Shown: one piece after another, positions 41,748 through 56,882 of the stretch
How positions within the stretch are numbered: position 1 is the first letter of the stretch
Layout of the letters: each line of letters starts with the position of its first letter
Made by a program: the position numbers and the translations under genes
Origin: Octopus vulgaris
Lineage: Eukaryota
DNA length: 64,000 nucleotides
Reading direction: 5' to 3'
NCBI GenBank assembly: GCA_951406725.2
Contig: OX597816.1
Coordinates: forward strand, 51,956,001-52,020,000
The notes under the pieces: generated by a model
What the model was told of the DNA's origin: nothing
What the model saw: the letters and a program-made list of their open reading frames with translations, nothing else
The model's database searches: none

Positions 41748-41930
41748 GGCGTAGGAGTGGCTGTGTGGTAAGTAGCTTGCTTACGAAGAACATGGTTCCG
41801 GGTTCAGTCCCACTGCGTGGGACCTTCGGCAAGTGTATTCTACTAAAGCCTCAGGCCAATCAAAGCCTTGTGAGTGGATTTGGTAGACGGAAACCGAAAG
41901 AAGCCCGTCGTATATATATATATATATTTA

Positions 41931-41983
<53 letters not shown>

Positions 41984-42175
41984 CTGTGTTTGTCCACCCC
42001 CAAAATCGCATTACAACATGTGCTGGTGTGTTTACGTCCCCGTAACTTAGCGATTCGGCAAAAGAGTCTGATAGAATATGTACTAAGCATACAAAGAATA
42101 AGTCCCGGGGTCATTTTGCTCGACTAAAGGCGGTGCTCCAGCATGATCACAGTCAAATGACTGAAACAATTAACA
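41748..42175 (+). mobile_element. SINE family A, full length
   Basis: Head-to-tail match. Confidence 0.85.
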
Positions 42176-42699
42176 AAGAGTCGATGCTGCAATCTATACT
42201 GGTGAAAAGGCTCCTGCCTAATGCATCTAGCGTAACCATAATACATAGAATATGATGCCAATACTTGAGAGTGATGGCTAAATAATGTGTATACGTTTGC
42301 ATCTATTTTTATATCTCATATTGTGAAAAGTCAAACCTAGAAGCAAAGTTTCGTTGATTTTTGAACTTTCCGAAAAAATTAATGTTTAAATTTTGCTTTA
42401 TGTTTATGCAGATGTATCATTCAAAATTTCGACTGTGACAAATGTGGTATTGATAATTACTGTTATTGCTGCCTTGTGTCTAAGAATCTGAATATATCAA
42501 TATTTCATGAAGGGGGAGTTGGAATAAGTACGTGGCACACACGCATACGGATATACACACACCTACATAGATACATGCATACATACATACATACATACAT
42601 ACATACATACATACATACATACATACATACATACATACATACATACATACATGCATACATACATACACAACATCCATTACAAGAAGTCAGAAAACGGAA

Positions 42700-42980
42700 T
42701 CAGTCGATAAATTAAGTGCCAGCGAAAAACTGGGTTCGATCTAATCGAGTAATCCCCCACCCCGCCAAATATCAGGCCTTGCGCCTTTAGTAGAAAATAC
42801 TATTATTATTATCATTACTTAAATCGGCTAGCACGCTGGTCGAAGTTCTGAGCGGTATTTCGCCCGTCGCTATGTTCTGATTTCAAATTCCACCGAGGTC
42901 GACTTTGTCTTTCATCGTTTTGGGGCCGATAAGTTAAGTACCAGTGAAACACTGGTGTCGATGTAATCGACTTATCTGCT
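42700..42980 (+). mobile_element. SINE family B fragments
   Basis: Tail at 42702-42800 and head/body at 42822-42980. Confidence 0.7.
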
Positions 42981-43045
42981 CGCACAAAAATACTCTTGTG
43001 GAATTATTATTATTATTATTATTATTATCATTATTATTATTATTA

Positions 43046-43127
<82 letters not shown>

Positions 43128-43147
43128 TATCATTATTATTATTATTG

Positions 43148-43565
43148 AGAGAGCAGTGCATGCCATCAAAGTGACACTGGGGTAAAATATACGAAGCCCA
43201 GTATACCCATCATGACTACCCGACTGATGTGGGTAGACTAGGCACATGCATCACAACCATATGTGCGCGACATGGCGATCTCAATTCAAGATAAACAGCA
43301 CATGACCATGCAGATGGGTCCCAGTTAGAATTTTCTTCTGGTCGAGTAACCCATCCCGCTCAAAATGTCCCTGAATAAGGGTTGTTTAAGGATGTTGAAA
43401 GAAACACCCATGTTTCCAGAGATGAATTATTCAAAATCCAAAGAATCCCTCTCAGCACTTGGCTAGGATGCTCTCCCACTACTTCAGTTTGTGATCAGAG
43501 ATGCACATGTCGTCAGCCACTAAGGGACATGGTCAACTGGTTAAGGTCAAACAACTGACAAGCAA

Positions 43566-43567
<2 letters not shown>
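43148..43567. repeat. Probable interspersed repeat abutting (ATT)n
   Basis: Relatively GC-rich non-coding block sharply bounded by microsatellites; family not identified and single copy here. Confidence 0.35.
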
Positions 43568-43602
<35 letters not shown>

Positions 43603-43644
43603 TACCAAGATATAATTATTATTATTATTATTATTATTATTATA

Positions 43645-43677
<33 letters not shown>

Positions 43678-44814
43678 GTTGTTGTTGTTGTTGTTGTTTT
43701 TGCTATTAATTATTATTATCATCATCATCATTATTATTATTATCATTATTATTATTATTATTATCATATTCATTATTATTATTATCATTATTATTATTAT
43801 TTCCGTTCACTTTGATTATAGCGCTGCTGCCTCAAACAACTCTTTCTAACTGCTGTTAGAAATTATTCTAATTAAGCAGTGTAAAAGATCACTTTAAATA
43901 AATGATTGCGTGATTCGCGTTAATACTAAAAGCAAACTTGTGCCTCAGATATTCCTAGCAGAAGGAGATATCCTGTCCATTTACATGCAAAGAGAATATT
44001 GCAAATGTTTTAACAACGAACCCAAAACCGATATTCATCAGTATTAACAATTATGCTACAGAAAAATGTGTTTCCAAGTCACGGAATGAATGAATCAACT
44101 TGGAAAATTTAAGTGCAGTTAAGAACTTTACTTCATCAACAACAAAACAACATCGGCAATAACAACAACAAAAACAAAAGCAGCAGTGACGGCGGCGATG
44201 GCGATGACGACGACGACGACGACGATAACATCAATTATAAAAGTGGAAGACTCTTAAAGTCAAATTCGATCTCATGAGCAGTATAATTCTTTCTTGGAAC
44301 TCACCGAGTGTTTGTGTTCCGATGAAGATAAATTAAACACTATCAGTAATCAAAATGTTGTCAGCTAAAATTTCTGGCTTAATCTACGATTTAATTAAAT
44401 CCTAAAGTACTTGACATTAATTAACATTAAGAAATTCATATTCGTTTAATTAAAATACGACAAAGCATCAACCCAAATATCAAACTATACAGTGTGTAAT
44501 CAATACAATCAATTCCTCAAACGTTGTCCATGCAGTGTTTACATGTAAAGAAATCCAATCCAGTGAACACTATGATATATTGTACTGGAAAACAATAGAA
44601 CAAAGGCCTTTATTTTTCCTTAATCCATATCTAGTATTTAGAGCAACCGGCGCTGGTTTATTAATGTTGTAGGTCTTGTGTTTTCTTACGGTCCACTACT
44701 CGAAACTTGGTAATATTTCTGGTCTCCATTCGATCGAATGTTTGTAAGTTTAAGCTCCAGTTAAGCATGCAGAAGCAAACATGTGTAGCTCTATACATGA
44801 AACAAGTTTAATTT

Positions 44815-44852
<38 letters not shown>

Positions 44853-44885
44853 TACATATATATATACATACATATATACATTTAT

Positions 44886-44923
<38 letters not shown>

Positions 44924-45377
44924 CCATATACACACATACACACATATACTGTATATATCATATTTGTTACAAATATTCATAAATACATGATATGCATATA
45001 TAAATATATATAGTTCTCGCCTTGCCATAAATCTCTTGATTTCGTTGTAGCATTTCATGCTAGTGACCCACTGAACTTGCGCACGTTTACGTGGGCGTTA
45101 CTTTGCGTATGTGTGCGTGTCCCGGTGTATGTATTTCTAAGTGAGCGTAGTCTTTTACGCTTCTACTGGCTTATGTCTGTAAAGTGTGATTATGCTGGCC
45201 ACTACTTTCACGCCTTTAGTCGATAATACCAACATTTATAACTCACTTTCTTTTTTTTTTCCCCATATCTGTTTTGTAGAAATGATATCCTAAATCTTAT
45301 AAACAACGATAGTTTCACATAACGTTAAAAACACAAATATATGTTAGCACACAGTCAAACATACATATATTCATATA

Positions 45378-45440
<63 letters not shown>

Positions 45441-45632
45441 CATACATATATGAGAGGGATGTATGTAATGCAATATACTGAACCTCAGTTATTTAATATG
45501 CTAGACCACTGGTGTTAAATTGATGTTATCAAATTAATATCCAATTTTTCACCCTCATTTTAATTTCTATGTATATATATATATATATACACACACAACC
45601 ATACATGTATACATAAACATATAGACACGCAT

Positions 45633-45695
<63 letters not shown>

Positions 45696-45718
45696 ACCAG
45701 GCATTTATACATAAACAA

Positions 45719-45763
<45 letters not shown>

Positions 45764-46102
45764 TACAAACATACATATATATACACATATATTTACATAT
45801 ATATATGTATATATTTTCCGAATTTGTGTAAATGTGTATAGAATAATATATCAGTTAAATAACGTTAAAACATGATATGGTTTTCTTGTTTTTTTATTAT
45901 AGTATCTTTAAAAAATACATTTACATTTTTTTTGCAATGTTGAATTATGTTAAACACTGACAAATGTTTTGTAATGTTCATAAAGTTCAATCAGCGCGTT
46001 CATACGTTCGTAATAATGATCAGACTTCAAACTGTGTTTACGCGAATATACGTATGTAAATGTGTGTTCCTCTATTATATTCACACCCATCAATGCAAAA
46101 AT

Positions 46103-46209
<107 letters not shown>

Positions 46210-46773
46210 TGTGTGTGTACTCGCGTGCGCTTGTGTTCATTTCAAAGATAGAACGAAAGTAAGATACCAAGGTGTGGATTGCTACATTTACTCGATTGGA
46301 ATTTCAACACATACATGGAAAGACACACATTTTCTCACACGTTCACACCTCAAATACACACATACACACATTCAGAGAGAAAGAGAGAGAATTAGAAGAA
46401 GGAAAGAAAAATAGATGCATATATAGATACGTATCTTTATGTCTGTATGAGCTTATTACTAGAAACACCGCTTTCCGGCATTACGTGTGCTATATTTTCT
46501 AATGATTTTTGCGAAGATTAATTTTACTTCTTCATTTATGATGTATTAAACCAAACATAAAATATTTATGAGATGATTATATCAAAATTAAGACAACTAA
46601 ACTACAAATAGCTGTTTGTAGGGAATTAGCGCTTTCTTAAGTCAACTGCTGCTATAAATAGTCACCTTCAACACGAATAGATTTCGATGGTTCTACACAG
46701 TGACTGAATATTACTTTAAGATGGCGAATAGAAATTCATATATATAGAAGCGTGTGTGGGTGTGGGTATACCA

Positions 46774-46826
<53 letters not shown>

Positions 46827-46853
46827 TATATACACATATATATATACATATAT

Positions 46854-46895
<42 letters not shown>

Positions 46896-47864
46896 TACAT
46901 ACGTACATATGTATATGCACAAACGCGTGCACATATATGTCGACAAACAAACATACAGTGAGGAGGAGCATAAAATTAATTGTTTATACGCACAAACATT
47001 CAATAATTGTTATGAAATACGCAATGCTACATTACTAAATCTAAAGTAATAAATAATCAAATATTGATTAAATTTAAAGAAAATATAGGGACACTATTTT
47101 TACTGCAGCTTCTTCTATCCAATTCATCCAAAATAATGCTGAATGAAATACGATACAAGATACAAAAGCGCTTGCATCAAAAACATTAGTGTTCGATGGC
47201 TAGCAGGAGAAATCATCGTGGAAAGAGAATGGAAAAGATATAGGGTTGAAGATTTGGAACCTATATTTGTGCAGTGAATTGAATAATCGTTCAAAGTTAT
47301 AAAATATATGTAACAGTTTTTATAATAAACATTTCAATAAGACAGTTTGTGGAACAAATATTTTCAGTGATTATGTTAGATATATAACATATTTTTCTAT
47401 AGTCAATATTTACGGCTAGAATTGTATCCTTTCAGTAATATCTACTTCGCTTTCGTTTAATGTTTGTACGTAATATTAAAAGAAACATGGAAAACTGTTG
47501 GGCTAACAAATATCAAATGGTTATAGAATATACGTAAGCTGTTTCTTTCTTTAGAAAATAAAAGCCTTCTGTAGTATACCACATTATTTAAATCAGGCAT
47601 ATGGAGGAGGTTACCCTCAGGAATTTTTCTCCTGCATAGGAAGATAAAAATTCTTCCAAATTATTATTTATCACACATGAAAACGATATAGAATAGCGTA
47701 AACGTTTAACGGTGTGAATAACAGACCTTAATATATGTTTTATAGATTAATCCTAATATTCTATTCACTATGTAAAAGCTTTTTGCCAAACTTGCACAAC
47801 ATCTTCACTTCCTTAAACATTCTGGTTTGTTTACTCTTACTATCCTCAACTTCACTGATGTTAC

Positions 47865-48090
47865 ACTACCTGGTAATTCAAAGGTCAACGATAAACAACT
47901 AGAAAAGATGGGGAAATACTAACTGCTCAGGGACAAGATGTAAACGCTTGGAGGTAAGTTACTTTGATACCAGTAGCAATTTGAAAGCATATCGAAAATA
48001 CTGGAGTGATTATCAGGCTTCAAATGATCCAGAAAAAAAACTTTGTTGCGTATAGCTCGTATTGTAAGGAAAATCTAGTCTCTTTGAGAC
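47865..48090 (+). pseudogene. Decayed C-terminus of a non-LTR element with restriction-like endonuclease (R4/Dong-like)
   Basis: Manual translation: PGNSKVNDKQLEKMGKY*LL..LIPVAI..LQMIQKK..ARIVRKI, resembling the EK..KY..L / IPV.IG / IQK..ARI.RK pattern. Confidence 0.5.
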
Positions 48091-48267
48091 GTAGGAGTAA
48101 GCTTTACTTGAAACAATTGGTAATTTGTTATTGCCTCTTTTCAGGTAAAGAGGAGCCTGGAATTAAGAACCATCCGAGTGGCCGAGAAAGATTATGATGA
48201 TGATTATTAATATGATGACGATGACGAAGACGACGACGACGATGATGATGATGACGACGACGACGAC

Positions 48268-48301
<34 letters not shown>

Positions 48302-48316
48302 ATGATGATTATAACA

Positions 48317-48835
48317 ATAACTACAATTCTCTGTGAAAATTTTGCTCTGAAAATTTTAGCTGTGGGTATTCAAAATTTCCTTCAAAACAAGTTGAAAATC
48401 TGGCATATCCACAATTTTCTCTGGCCGAGCCCACAAACGATCTTGTTCAAAAATTTTGAAACTTTTAACACCCACAATTTTCTGTGAATCTCTGTCCCTT
48501 CCTGAGTATTCGAAACTGTAAACATCATTGTAGTACAAGAACACTACAGTTCCCTCCGCTCGAACACACAAAGGTTAGAAAATTCTAAAAACTTTAATAA
48601 CTACAATTGTCTGTTAAAATTTCGCCCTTCTCTTCTCTTTCACGACTCGAATATGTAACCGTACCTTTTATTGCAACAACACTATTAAACACTCGATGGA
48701 ACGTACCTTTTATTCCAACAACACTATTAAACGCACAACAAAAATTTCCTTCAAAATAAGTTGAAAATCTTACAATGTTCGGAAGTTTCTCTGGCCGAAC
48801 ACACAAACGATCACCTTTAAAAACTTTGAAACTTT
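48317..48835. repeat. Diverged local direct repeats with a nested ~44 bp tandem
   Basis: ATAACTACAATT..AAAATTTCCTTCAAAA.AAGTTGAAAATCT..TTTCTCTGGCCGA..CACAAACGATC..TTTGAAACTTT occurs twice; ACCTTT.ATT.CAACAACACTATTAAAC twice at 48660-48731. Confidence 0.7.
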
Positions 48836-49589
48836 AGGAGATAAACAACTGCCAATATATACAAACTGGGATCTAGTCTTTCTTATTCTCAAAATGGCCC
48901 CCACCCCCACCCTTTATTTTGCACACATTACTTTCAATTTGGCTATATCGATGCAACTGTGAATTTTGATTACGCTCAACCAATTACCTTACCTCGTAAA
49001 TTAAAGAATCTGATGTTATTTGGAATTAAAGTTGGGAAATTTGGGTAATTTTAGCCAATCAACAGACAGCGTGGCATTAGCAGCTTGTTAGTATGACAAC
49101 CGCACGCTGTGTCGTGGTTCACTGTTGTCTGTGTCGCTATTGTCTATGTTGATTTTTCAAAATCGATTCTTCACACCACGAGATTCTTTGCATGTTTTGC
49201 TTTAATTCTTTTGTGTATTAGCATATTCCATGTTTTTCTATGCTTCTGTGTGTTAGTATCTTTTGGGGTTTTTTTCTGTGTTAGTATTTTTACATATTTT
49301 TCATTTCATATATTTTGGGGATTCATTGACTCAGCTGGATGTATAGAGATAGACACCCCTTTCACACACACACATGAATGCATAAATGTACACATAAACA
49401 TATGTCAATGCTAACCTTATTAAAATCACATATACATGTGTGTGTGTGTGTGTGTGTGTCTATGTTTCTGCTTGTACTCTACAAGTGTTGATGTGCCCTT
49501 CACCTCACAGTTTGGTTTAAAATACAATAGAAATAGGTGCTCGACAACACTTCTTACTAATAACTGCATTTGGCTTCAGATAAACTCCG

Positions 49590-50654
49590 TCTGACTATTC
49601 AAAGAAGAATTCAAAAGCGACTAGGAGCGACAAATTGAGCAAAATTTGGCATCGTGATGAAGAGGATCCCGTCTCAGCTTTATTAACATTGCAAAGCGTG
49701 CAGCTGGATTTAGTAGGGGAAGGAATAATCTTAAAGATGAACCAAGGTCTGGATGTTCCGAAACTGCCACCACTGAGGAAATCATTGTTATTTTTCCCCA
49801 CATGGTCATGCATGACAGGCGACTGACTGTATATATAAAATAGCCAATTTATTAGCATGTCCCGTGAGAGAGTTGAGAATATTATGCATAATGAACTTGG
49901 CATGACAAAGGTTTCTGCTCGATGAGTGCCACATCTTTTGACACTTGATGGAAAGTACACCAAGCTGACTACATCACGGGAAAATCTGACACTGAGGCGA
50001 TTCAGCAGGATTCATCAAAAGTTTCATGAGTTAGGATGAGTGTTGGCCTCATCATTTTGAGCCAGAGACACAATCCATGCAATGAATACACCCACCTCAT
50101 CTGCTTAAAATAAGGTCAAGATCGTTTCATCTGTGGGGAGGGGACTGCTCTAGTTTTGGGAGATGCAAAAGGCATTATGGTTATTCAAATGAGCTACATC
50201 ATCAATAGACAGTACTGTGCTAATTTACTGAGGCAGTTTTAAAAGGCTATCAAGACCAAACGCCCAGGAAAACTGCCAACAGAGATCTTGTTTCTTGAGA
50301 ACAATGCTCTATCATACAAGTCGTTAGTTTCAATTGTTGCTGTGCGTGACTGTGGCTTTGAACTGGTTGATCAGGCTCCATATTCGACTGTTCTGAACCC
50401 ATCTGACTATCATCTATTACCCAACATGAAAAAACAACCTGGCTGGGAACCGGTATCGCACTGATGACGGTGTTATGTCGTTAGCTCTGGTGTTGACTTT
50501 TTTTTACCAATAAACCTTTTTCACTAATGGGATCAAAGCACCGAGGGGGGAAAATGTGTGGACCTCAAGGGGTCTATGTTGAAAACTAAACTCATTTGAT
50601 GACATTCCATGAGAGTATTATGGTCAGGTTATGAAATTTTCTGCTGGCCTTCAT
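49590..50654 (+). mobile_element. Decayed mariner transposon (DD34D-type transposase pseudogene)
   Basis: Manual translation: LKDEPRSG, MTKVSAR*VPHLLT, HHFEPET, LVDQAPYSTVLNPSDYHLLPNMKK (WVPHEL and YSPDLAPSD motifs); TIR-like end near 50620-50654. Confidence 0.88.
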
Positions 50655-51550
50655 ATATGACAGAGACAAGTATTGAGCCTGACATACAAAAAATAACTTA
50701 GCTTTCTGAATATTTTGAAGTCTACAGCCCAATCCTTCGAGCAACCAATTTATGGATGACTTAAACGCAATGCATTGACAAAAATAAAATTATGAAATAA
50801 AAACTGAAATGATAGGTTACCTCTTTGGAAACCCATGCTTATGATAGAGAGCAAAGAATAACCAGTCGTGTTAGACATTAGCTGGTATTTAGATGTGGAC
50901 CCATTCTTAGTCGCACCTACATTTCTGTTGCTCGCAGAAGGTTTAATGCCTGAATATTTTAAGTACATTGATGCCGTAACTATGGAAGCGGAACATGGTC
51001 AGTTTAATGCAGTTCCCTAAAGAAACCAAGGTGAGAAGATCCAGCTTTCTCACTTTGGGCTATGTCGATTCAATTTGAGAATTACTTGAAGTTTATACGA
51101 ATGTATGGAATGCAATTGACCGAAAAGGTGCATATTCATATTCGTATGTCGAAATCGACAAGAGAATCCATTACAAGACGTTTATGTTAGTGATTTTGAA
51201 AATGTTTTACAGAGTTTATAAAGTGCTTACTATACGTACGAATCGTTAGCATTCACTATTTATTTATCTAATAGCATTTTCCTAATAAGCTGTTGACGAG
51301 AATAGTTCCTAAAGATAAATTAAAAGAAAGGATGATTATTGTTTCTTTATCATAGCAATTATATTAACAGTGTATACTTGGTTTGCATCGGCTCCGGTGC
51401 TACTAATTTGAGAGTTGGTACTTCAAAACGCTTTCACTTAATTTTACCCGAATGTTATCACGGGTACAAAGGCACAAAACACACGTTGTCTGCACTATAT
51501 AATTTTATCACATTTATGTTTAAATATATGTGTGTTAGTGCTTGCGTGCG

Positions 51551-51595
<45 letters not shown>

Positions 51596-51709
51596 ATATA
51601 TAACGGTATATGTGCGTATAATTTTATTACGTTGATTCTTGCATTACAAGGTGGATCTTTCTTCAGTTTCTAAGTAAGGGTATTTACCATTCCTGATATA
51701 AAATACATA

Positions 51710-51874
51710 GGCGTTGGAGTGGCTGTGTGGTAAGTAGCTTGCTAACCAACCACATGGTTCCGGGTTCACTCCCACTGCGTAGCACCTTGGGCAAGTGTCT
51801 TCTACTATAGCCTCGCGCCGACCAATGCCTGGTGAGTGAATTTGGTAGACGGAAAGTGAAAGAAGCCCGTCGTA

Positions 51875-51935
<61 letters not shown>

Positions 51936-52152
51936 TTGTGTGTAGGTTTGTGTGTCTGTGTTTGTGCCCTCCGCCAACATCGTTTGACAACCGATGCTGG
52001 TGTGTTTACGCCCCCGTAACCGAGCGGTTCGGCAAAATAGACCGATAGAATAAGTACTAGGCTTACAAAGAATAAGTCCTAGGTGTCGGTTTGCTCGACT
52101 AAAGGCGGTGCTCCAACATGGCCGCAGTCAAATGACTGAAACAAGTAAAAGA
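51710..52152 (+). mobile_element. SINE family A, full length
   Basis: Head-to-tail match. Confidence 0.88.
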
Positions 52153-53171
52153 ATCTACTAGCTGTTTTTCACCGAATTTAAATGTTTCCATATCATCTTT
52201 TCAAAAGCTATCATCATCACCATCATCATCATCATCATCATCATCACCATGACTATGATTGTGATCTTGATGACGAAGATGATAAGCATAATGCACCCAA
52301 ATATTTTGATTATCAACTTTAAAGATATTTTAATGTTTGTTTGTAGATATATCTTTTTGCTTCATAAACCAACTTCGATAAGAATAAAAGACATGGTGAA
52401 TTGTCTGCGAGGTGAATGAGTTCGCTCATATACGTCATGGCAAATTATAATTTAAATATAGATAGCATACGAGAGTATGAATTAAGATAGAAAAAGAGTT
52501 GACCTTACAGGTTATCAAAATGGAAATGAAAAAATATACTCTTAAGCACGGAACCATTAAACGAGCAGTATTTGAAGTTTGAATATATTTTTCGATGAAC
52601 GAAGATCATTCAAGTGGGTAGCATAACAATGATAAAGGTAGGAAAGTGGAAGATGAAAAGAAAGAAATTAAGAAAAACAAATTAATTTTCATATATTAAG
52701 TCTAAAATGACTTTCACAAACGCATTTCGCTGAAATATGCGACTCCAATATCTGAATACTGATAAATTGGAACATTATATTTTCTAAACTTCTTTTCATG
52801 ATTAGTGTTATGGCTTCCTCTTGTGAGAGCATTTAAAAATGTATTTTAATCAAAATTTTGTAATATGAAATTAAGGAAATCACGATGCTATTGTTTCTAT
52901 ATTTCATCAAGCCGTTTCATTTTGCCCTGGTGGGTGATGTGCTTGAGGTAGCGACGTATCTGATAAAACAGCACTTCAACTTTGCTATCTAAAAATATAC
53001 AGCTGCCTTCCTTCAAGTTCAAACACGTTATATTTACGAGTAATAGCTTGGTGAGAAATAGCAGACTCCTAGTTCGATTTTGCCTCTAACAACGATGCCA
53101 TAAAAAATAGTAGCCAAATCGTTCTTAAATAATATACAGACATTTCAATAGAAAGCAAAAGCCTACATTTG

Positions 53172-53329
53172 ATGATGTAGTTGAGTGGTAAGAAGCTTTA
53201 TTCTTAAACACATGGTTTCTGGTTCAGTCCCACTGCTTAGTAGCTTATGCAACTGTCTTCTACTATAGCCCCAGGCCGACCAAAGCCATATAAGTAGATT
53301 TGGCAGGCGGAAACTGAAATAAGCCCATC

Positions 53330-53374
<45 letters not shown>

Positions 53375-53404
53375 CATACATACATATATGCATATATATA
53401 TATG

Positions 53405-53454
<50 letters not shown>

Positions 53455-53643
53455 CATGTGTGTGTATGTTTTCCCCACCACCGCTTCACAACCGGTGTTG
53501 GTGTGTTTACATCTTAGCGACTCGGCTAAAAGTGTCCGCTAGAGTAAGTACCAAGCTTCACAAAAAATATTCATTCCACTAAGCATTCTTCAAAGCGATG
53601 CCCCAGCATGGCCGCAATATAATGGTGGCTGAAAACAAGTAAA
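53172..53643 (+). mobile_element. SINE family A, diverged
   Basis: Head-to-tail match with more substitutions. Confidence 0.78.
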
Positions 53644-54114
53644 ATATGTGTATGAAGAAACACAGAACTAATCAAGGTAGGGTTAAATGGCGTGATTAGA
53701 AACATATTTGTGTTTAGATAAAAATTATATCTGAGCGACTGAAGAAGACAAGATGCTTCCAAATTTTCCTGGAATTTTGCCGTCGTCAGCAAAAGTGCAC
53801 TTTTCGCCATTGCTTGCTGACGATGTAGTAAATAGCTTATTATATAGCAATGGTCATTAAAAATAATGAGTAGCGTTGGAGAATGCGACTAATTGATAAT
53901 TGAATAAATTTGAATGGGTGCTTAACAGATGGAATGATCATCACTAGATTTCCACAATTAGGGTTCACCTGGGGCCAAAAATAAAAAATAAATAAGGAAG
54001 CAACAGAAACAAGTAACCTTCAAAGTTATCATGAAAGGGAGGTTTTCCGTGGCTAGCGGGTAGTTAGCAGGCATTTCTTGTTCCTTAATTTATATACTTT
54101 GCTGTCTAGATGTT

Positions 54115-54572
54115 CATGATGACGACGATGACGATAATTGTGATGATGATGATGATGAAGAGGAGGAAGAAGAAGAGTAGTAGGAGGAGGAGGACGGTGA
54201 CAATGACGACGACGACGAGACGACGACGATGATGAAAACGACAATGTGATTGATGTGGTTGACGACAAAGATATAATGATGACGATGATAATGATGACGA
54301 TGACAACGATGACAACGATGACAGCGACAGGAATGGGGGTGATGATGAGGTGGAGGAGTAGGCGGAGGAGGAGGAGGAGGAGGAAGAAGTAGAAGAGGAA
54401 AGTAAAGAAGAAAAAGAAAGCAAAGAAGAAGAAAGCAAAGAAGAAAAAGAAGAAAAAGAAGAAGAAGAAGAAGAAGAAGAAGGAGGAGGAGGAGGAGGAG
54501 AAGAAGAAGGAGGAGAAGAAGAAGAAGAAGAAGAAGAAGAAGAAGAAGAAGAAGAAGACGAAGAGGAAGAAG
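54115..54572. repeat. Compound purine-rich trinucleotide tract (GAT/GAC/GAG/GAA)n
   Basis: Direct reading; the ORFs over it are low-complexity artefacts. Confidence 0.9.
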
Positions 54573-56278
54573 TATATAGTGATGTTTGTGCTAATAGCAG
54601 TACTTTGAATGATTGTCTCTTTGATGGTAATGATTACACCTGCACAGTTACCACCCATATCGATCGCAGTTTTCATAATGATGGCAATGAGGATAACAGT
54701 GATGAGAATAAGTCTGATTATGATAATGATGATGATGACGACCACCACAACAGTATCAAGCTGTTACTCCCCATCCCTTGAAACATCCTTGCGATGCCTG
54801 AGATATATAGGTAATAAGGTAAAAGTGACGATGTTGTTTTGTTCGTGCCCCCAGGATGTGGGTGAATGCGGAATTATTTTTCTGTCGGTGATGTTAGATG
54901 CTCGAAATGATGATAATAATATATATGATAATAGTAATTGCGTTAATGACGACCTAAAATGATAGTGAGTTGGTTAATGATGATAGTATTGATGGCGAGG
55001 AAGATAATACTTTACTGATATATTGTTTTCCTGTTCGTTTTTGCATGAATATTGTTCTACTGTTATCGGGAGAATGGCTGGGTTTGATGCCATACATAGT
55101 CACATAGACTATTCTTTCGTAAATAATAATGGAAAGATGGGGGGTAAAACTGTAATTGGGTAAAAGAAATAATTAATTATTAAGACAAGCAAGGCATTGT
55201 AAAAATTAAAATGTGTGGCATTTTGAATTTCTTTCTTTCTTTCTTCGAATTTATTTATGGGTTTTTTTTTATAATCTTTAAATATTTCAAGCCGTCGGAA
55301 AGAGATTGATCTCCTGGTGATTACTCTCTAGTGACTTCCTTTATTTGTTTGTCGGAACTATTTCACTTGCGTTGAACTGCTTATTCTTCGATAATCTCTA
55401 CTTCAAAGACTTCAAATTTTTTTCTCACATTAAGTACACGGTATTCTAGTTAAGTAGAGCGTGATACATAGGCGTAAACTAACTCCACTCTATTACATAC
55501 ATTATCGATTCCGCATGTATGAAAGAAGCAAAATTCAAAATCAGTATATACAGTGAGACAAATCCAAATATCTTTTTCTTATTTATTCTCCACCACCCTA
55601 TATTGCCCATATAGCTACTTGTTAAATCGCCGGACAGAATTTTTGCGGTTTATATTTAAGTTCTGTGTTCTGACTTCAAATTTTACCGATATTAACTATA
55701 CCATTTATCCTTTCGGAGTTGAGAAATAAAGTATTTATCGAAGGCAGAGGTGGAAATTCGTAGATCATTGGAATAGATGCCACGTCGTATTTAATTTGTG
55801 TCTTGTTTTTGTTCTGAGGACAACTCATTCATTAGCACTGATCTTATGCTGCATCGACCATCGTTTTTTGCTTGGACAACATTAACGACGTGGAGGAAAG
55901 AAACCTGCAAAATATGGAAAACTTTTTGTCTTCCATACAAAATACTTACCCAGAGTTGCATCTTACAGATGCAATGTTCCACATGTACAGTCAAGACCTT
56001 AAGAAACATACGGGTGGTCCAGGTTTATCTGAAGAATTGCTTGTGAAGAATTCATACACTTGTGACACTTCACTTTTGTACAATATACTGATAAAGATAC
56101 AATGAAATGCATTCATCATTTGGATAATGTGCTCCTATATTTGCATGAATGGAACATAATAATTAGTTAAACCTGGAATGCCTTTCATCATTAGTCTGCT
56201 CGTTCAACATTGACCTAGCGATAAACGATAACAAACAAATGAGTCGCACTAAAATAGCACATAATAAACAAGCTTATA

Positions 56279-56679
56279 TCTTTATATATAAAAGTCAGGT
56301 TGTGTGCTGTCTGTCTCCTACGATTTAGATTCCTGACTACTCCCACATTTTGTGGTGCAGTTTAACCAAAACCGGGTATCTTATAGTCGTGATTCATATC
56401 GAGCCCTTCTGTGTATTAGCGCGCGTCTACGATGAGTCTACGATTTTAAAAATAATTTACCATCAATTTTTCCCATTTTTAATGCATTTTTGGCATATAT
56501 AAGGGAAGTAACTCTCTAAAAATTAATTATTAAATCTCAGAACGTAAAAAGCTACAGTAACACCCCCCCCCACCTTTGTGGTTAGCCATATTGAGATGGC
56601 TATTATACTTTACATCTCTAAAAATGCTTATATAGTTATTTCCCTTACAAACCCAAGCAACGCCGGGCGATACTGTTAG
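56279..56679 (+). mobile_element. Non-autonomous Helitron
   Basis: 5' A|TCTTTATATATAAAAG; subterminal imperfect hairpin CCCAAGCAACGCCGGG; 3' TTAG|T (CTAG-like); inserted between A and T with no TSD. Confidence 0.75.
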
Positions 56680-56882
56680 TTAAAGAATAAAGCAGTTATA
56701 ACTTAGATATAATGCTTCAAATTTTGGAAGTGGCATGCCGTTGATGAACGAAGCGGCTTCTTAACTAGTATCTATTTTATCGACCACAAAATGATGAAAG
56801 GTAAATTCGATACCACTCTCTGATTCAGGCACAGATCGCAGCGGCATGTAACTAAAGAGCAGAAGGAAATATGTCCGATGCT

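Noticed and set aside
43440-43565. Possible HDV-like ribozyme on the minus strand (GUCAGUU/GGCUGAC pairing)
   Set aside because: Could not identify P1.1, P2 or the catalytic C convincingly
54053-54748. 231 aa ORF and an acidic-looking opposite-strand reading
   Set aside because: Product of a compound trinucleotide tract
55790-56105. Complex-looking short ORFs, possible host exon
   Set aside because: No recognisable motif, upstream in-frame stop and no convincing splice pair
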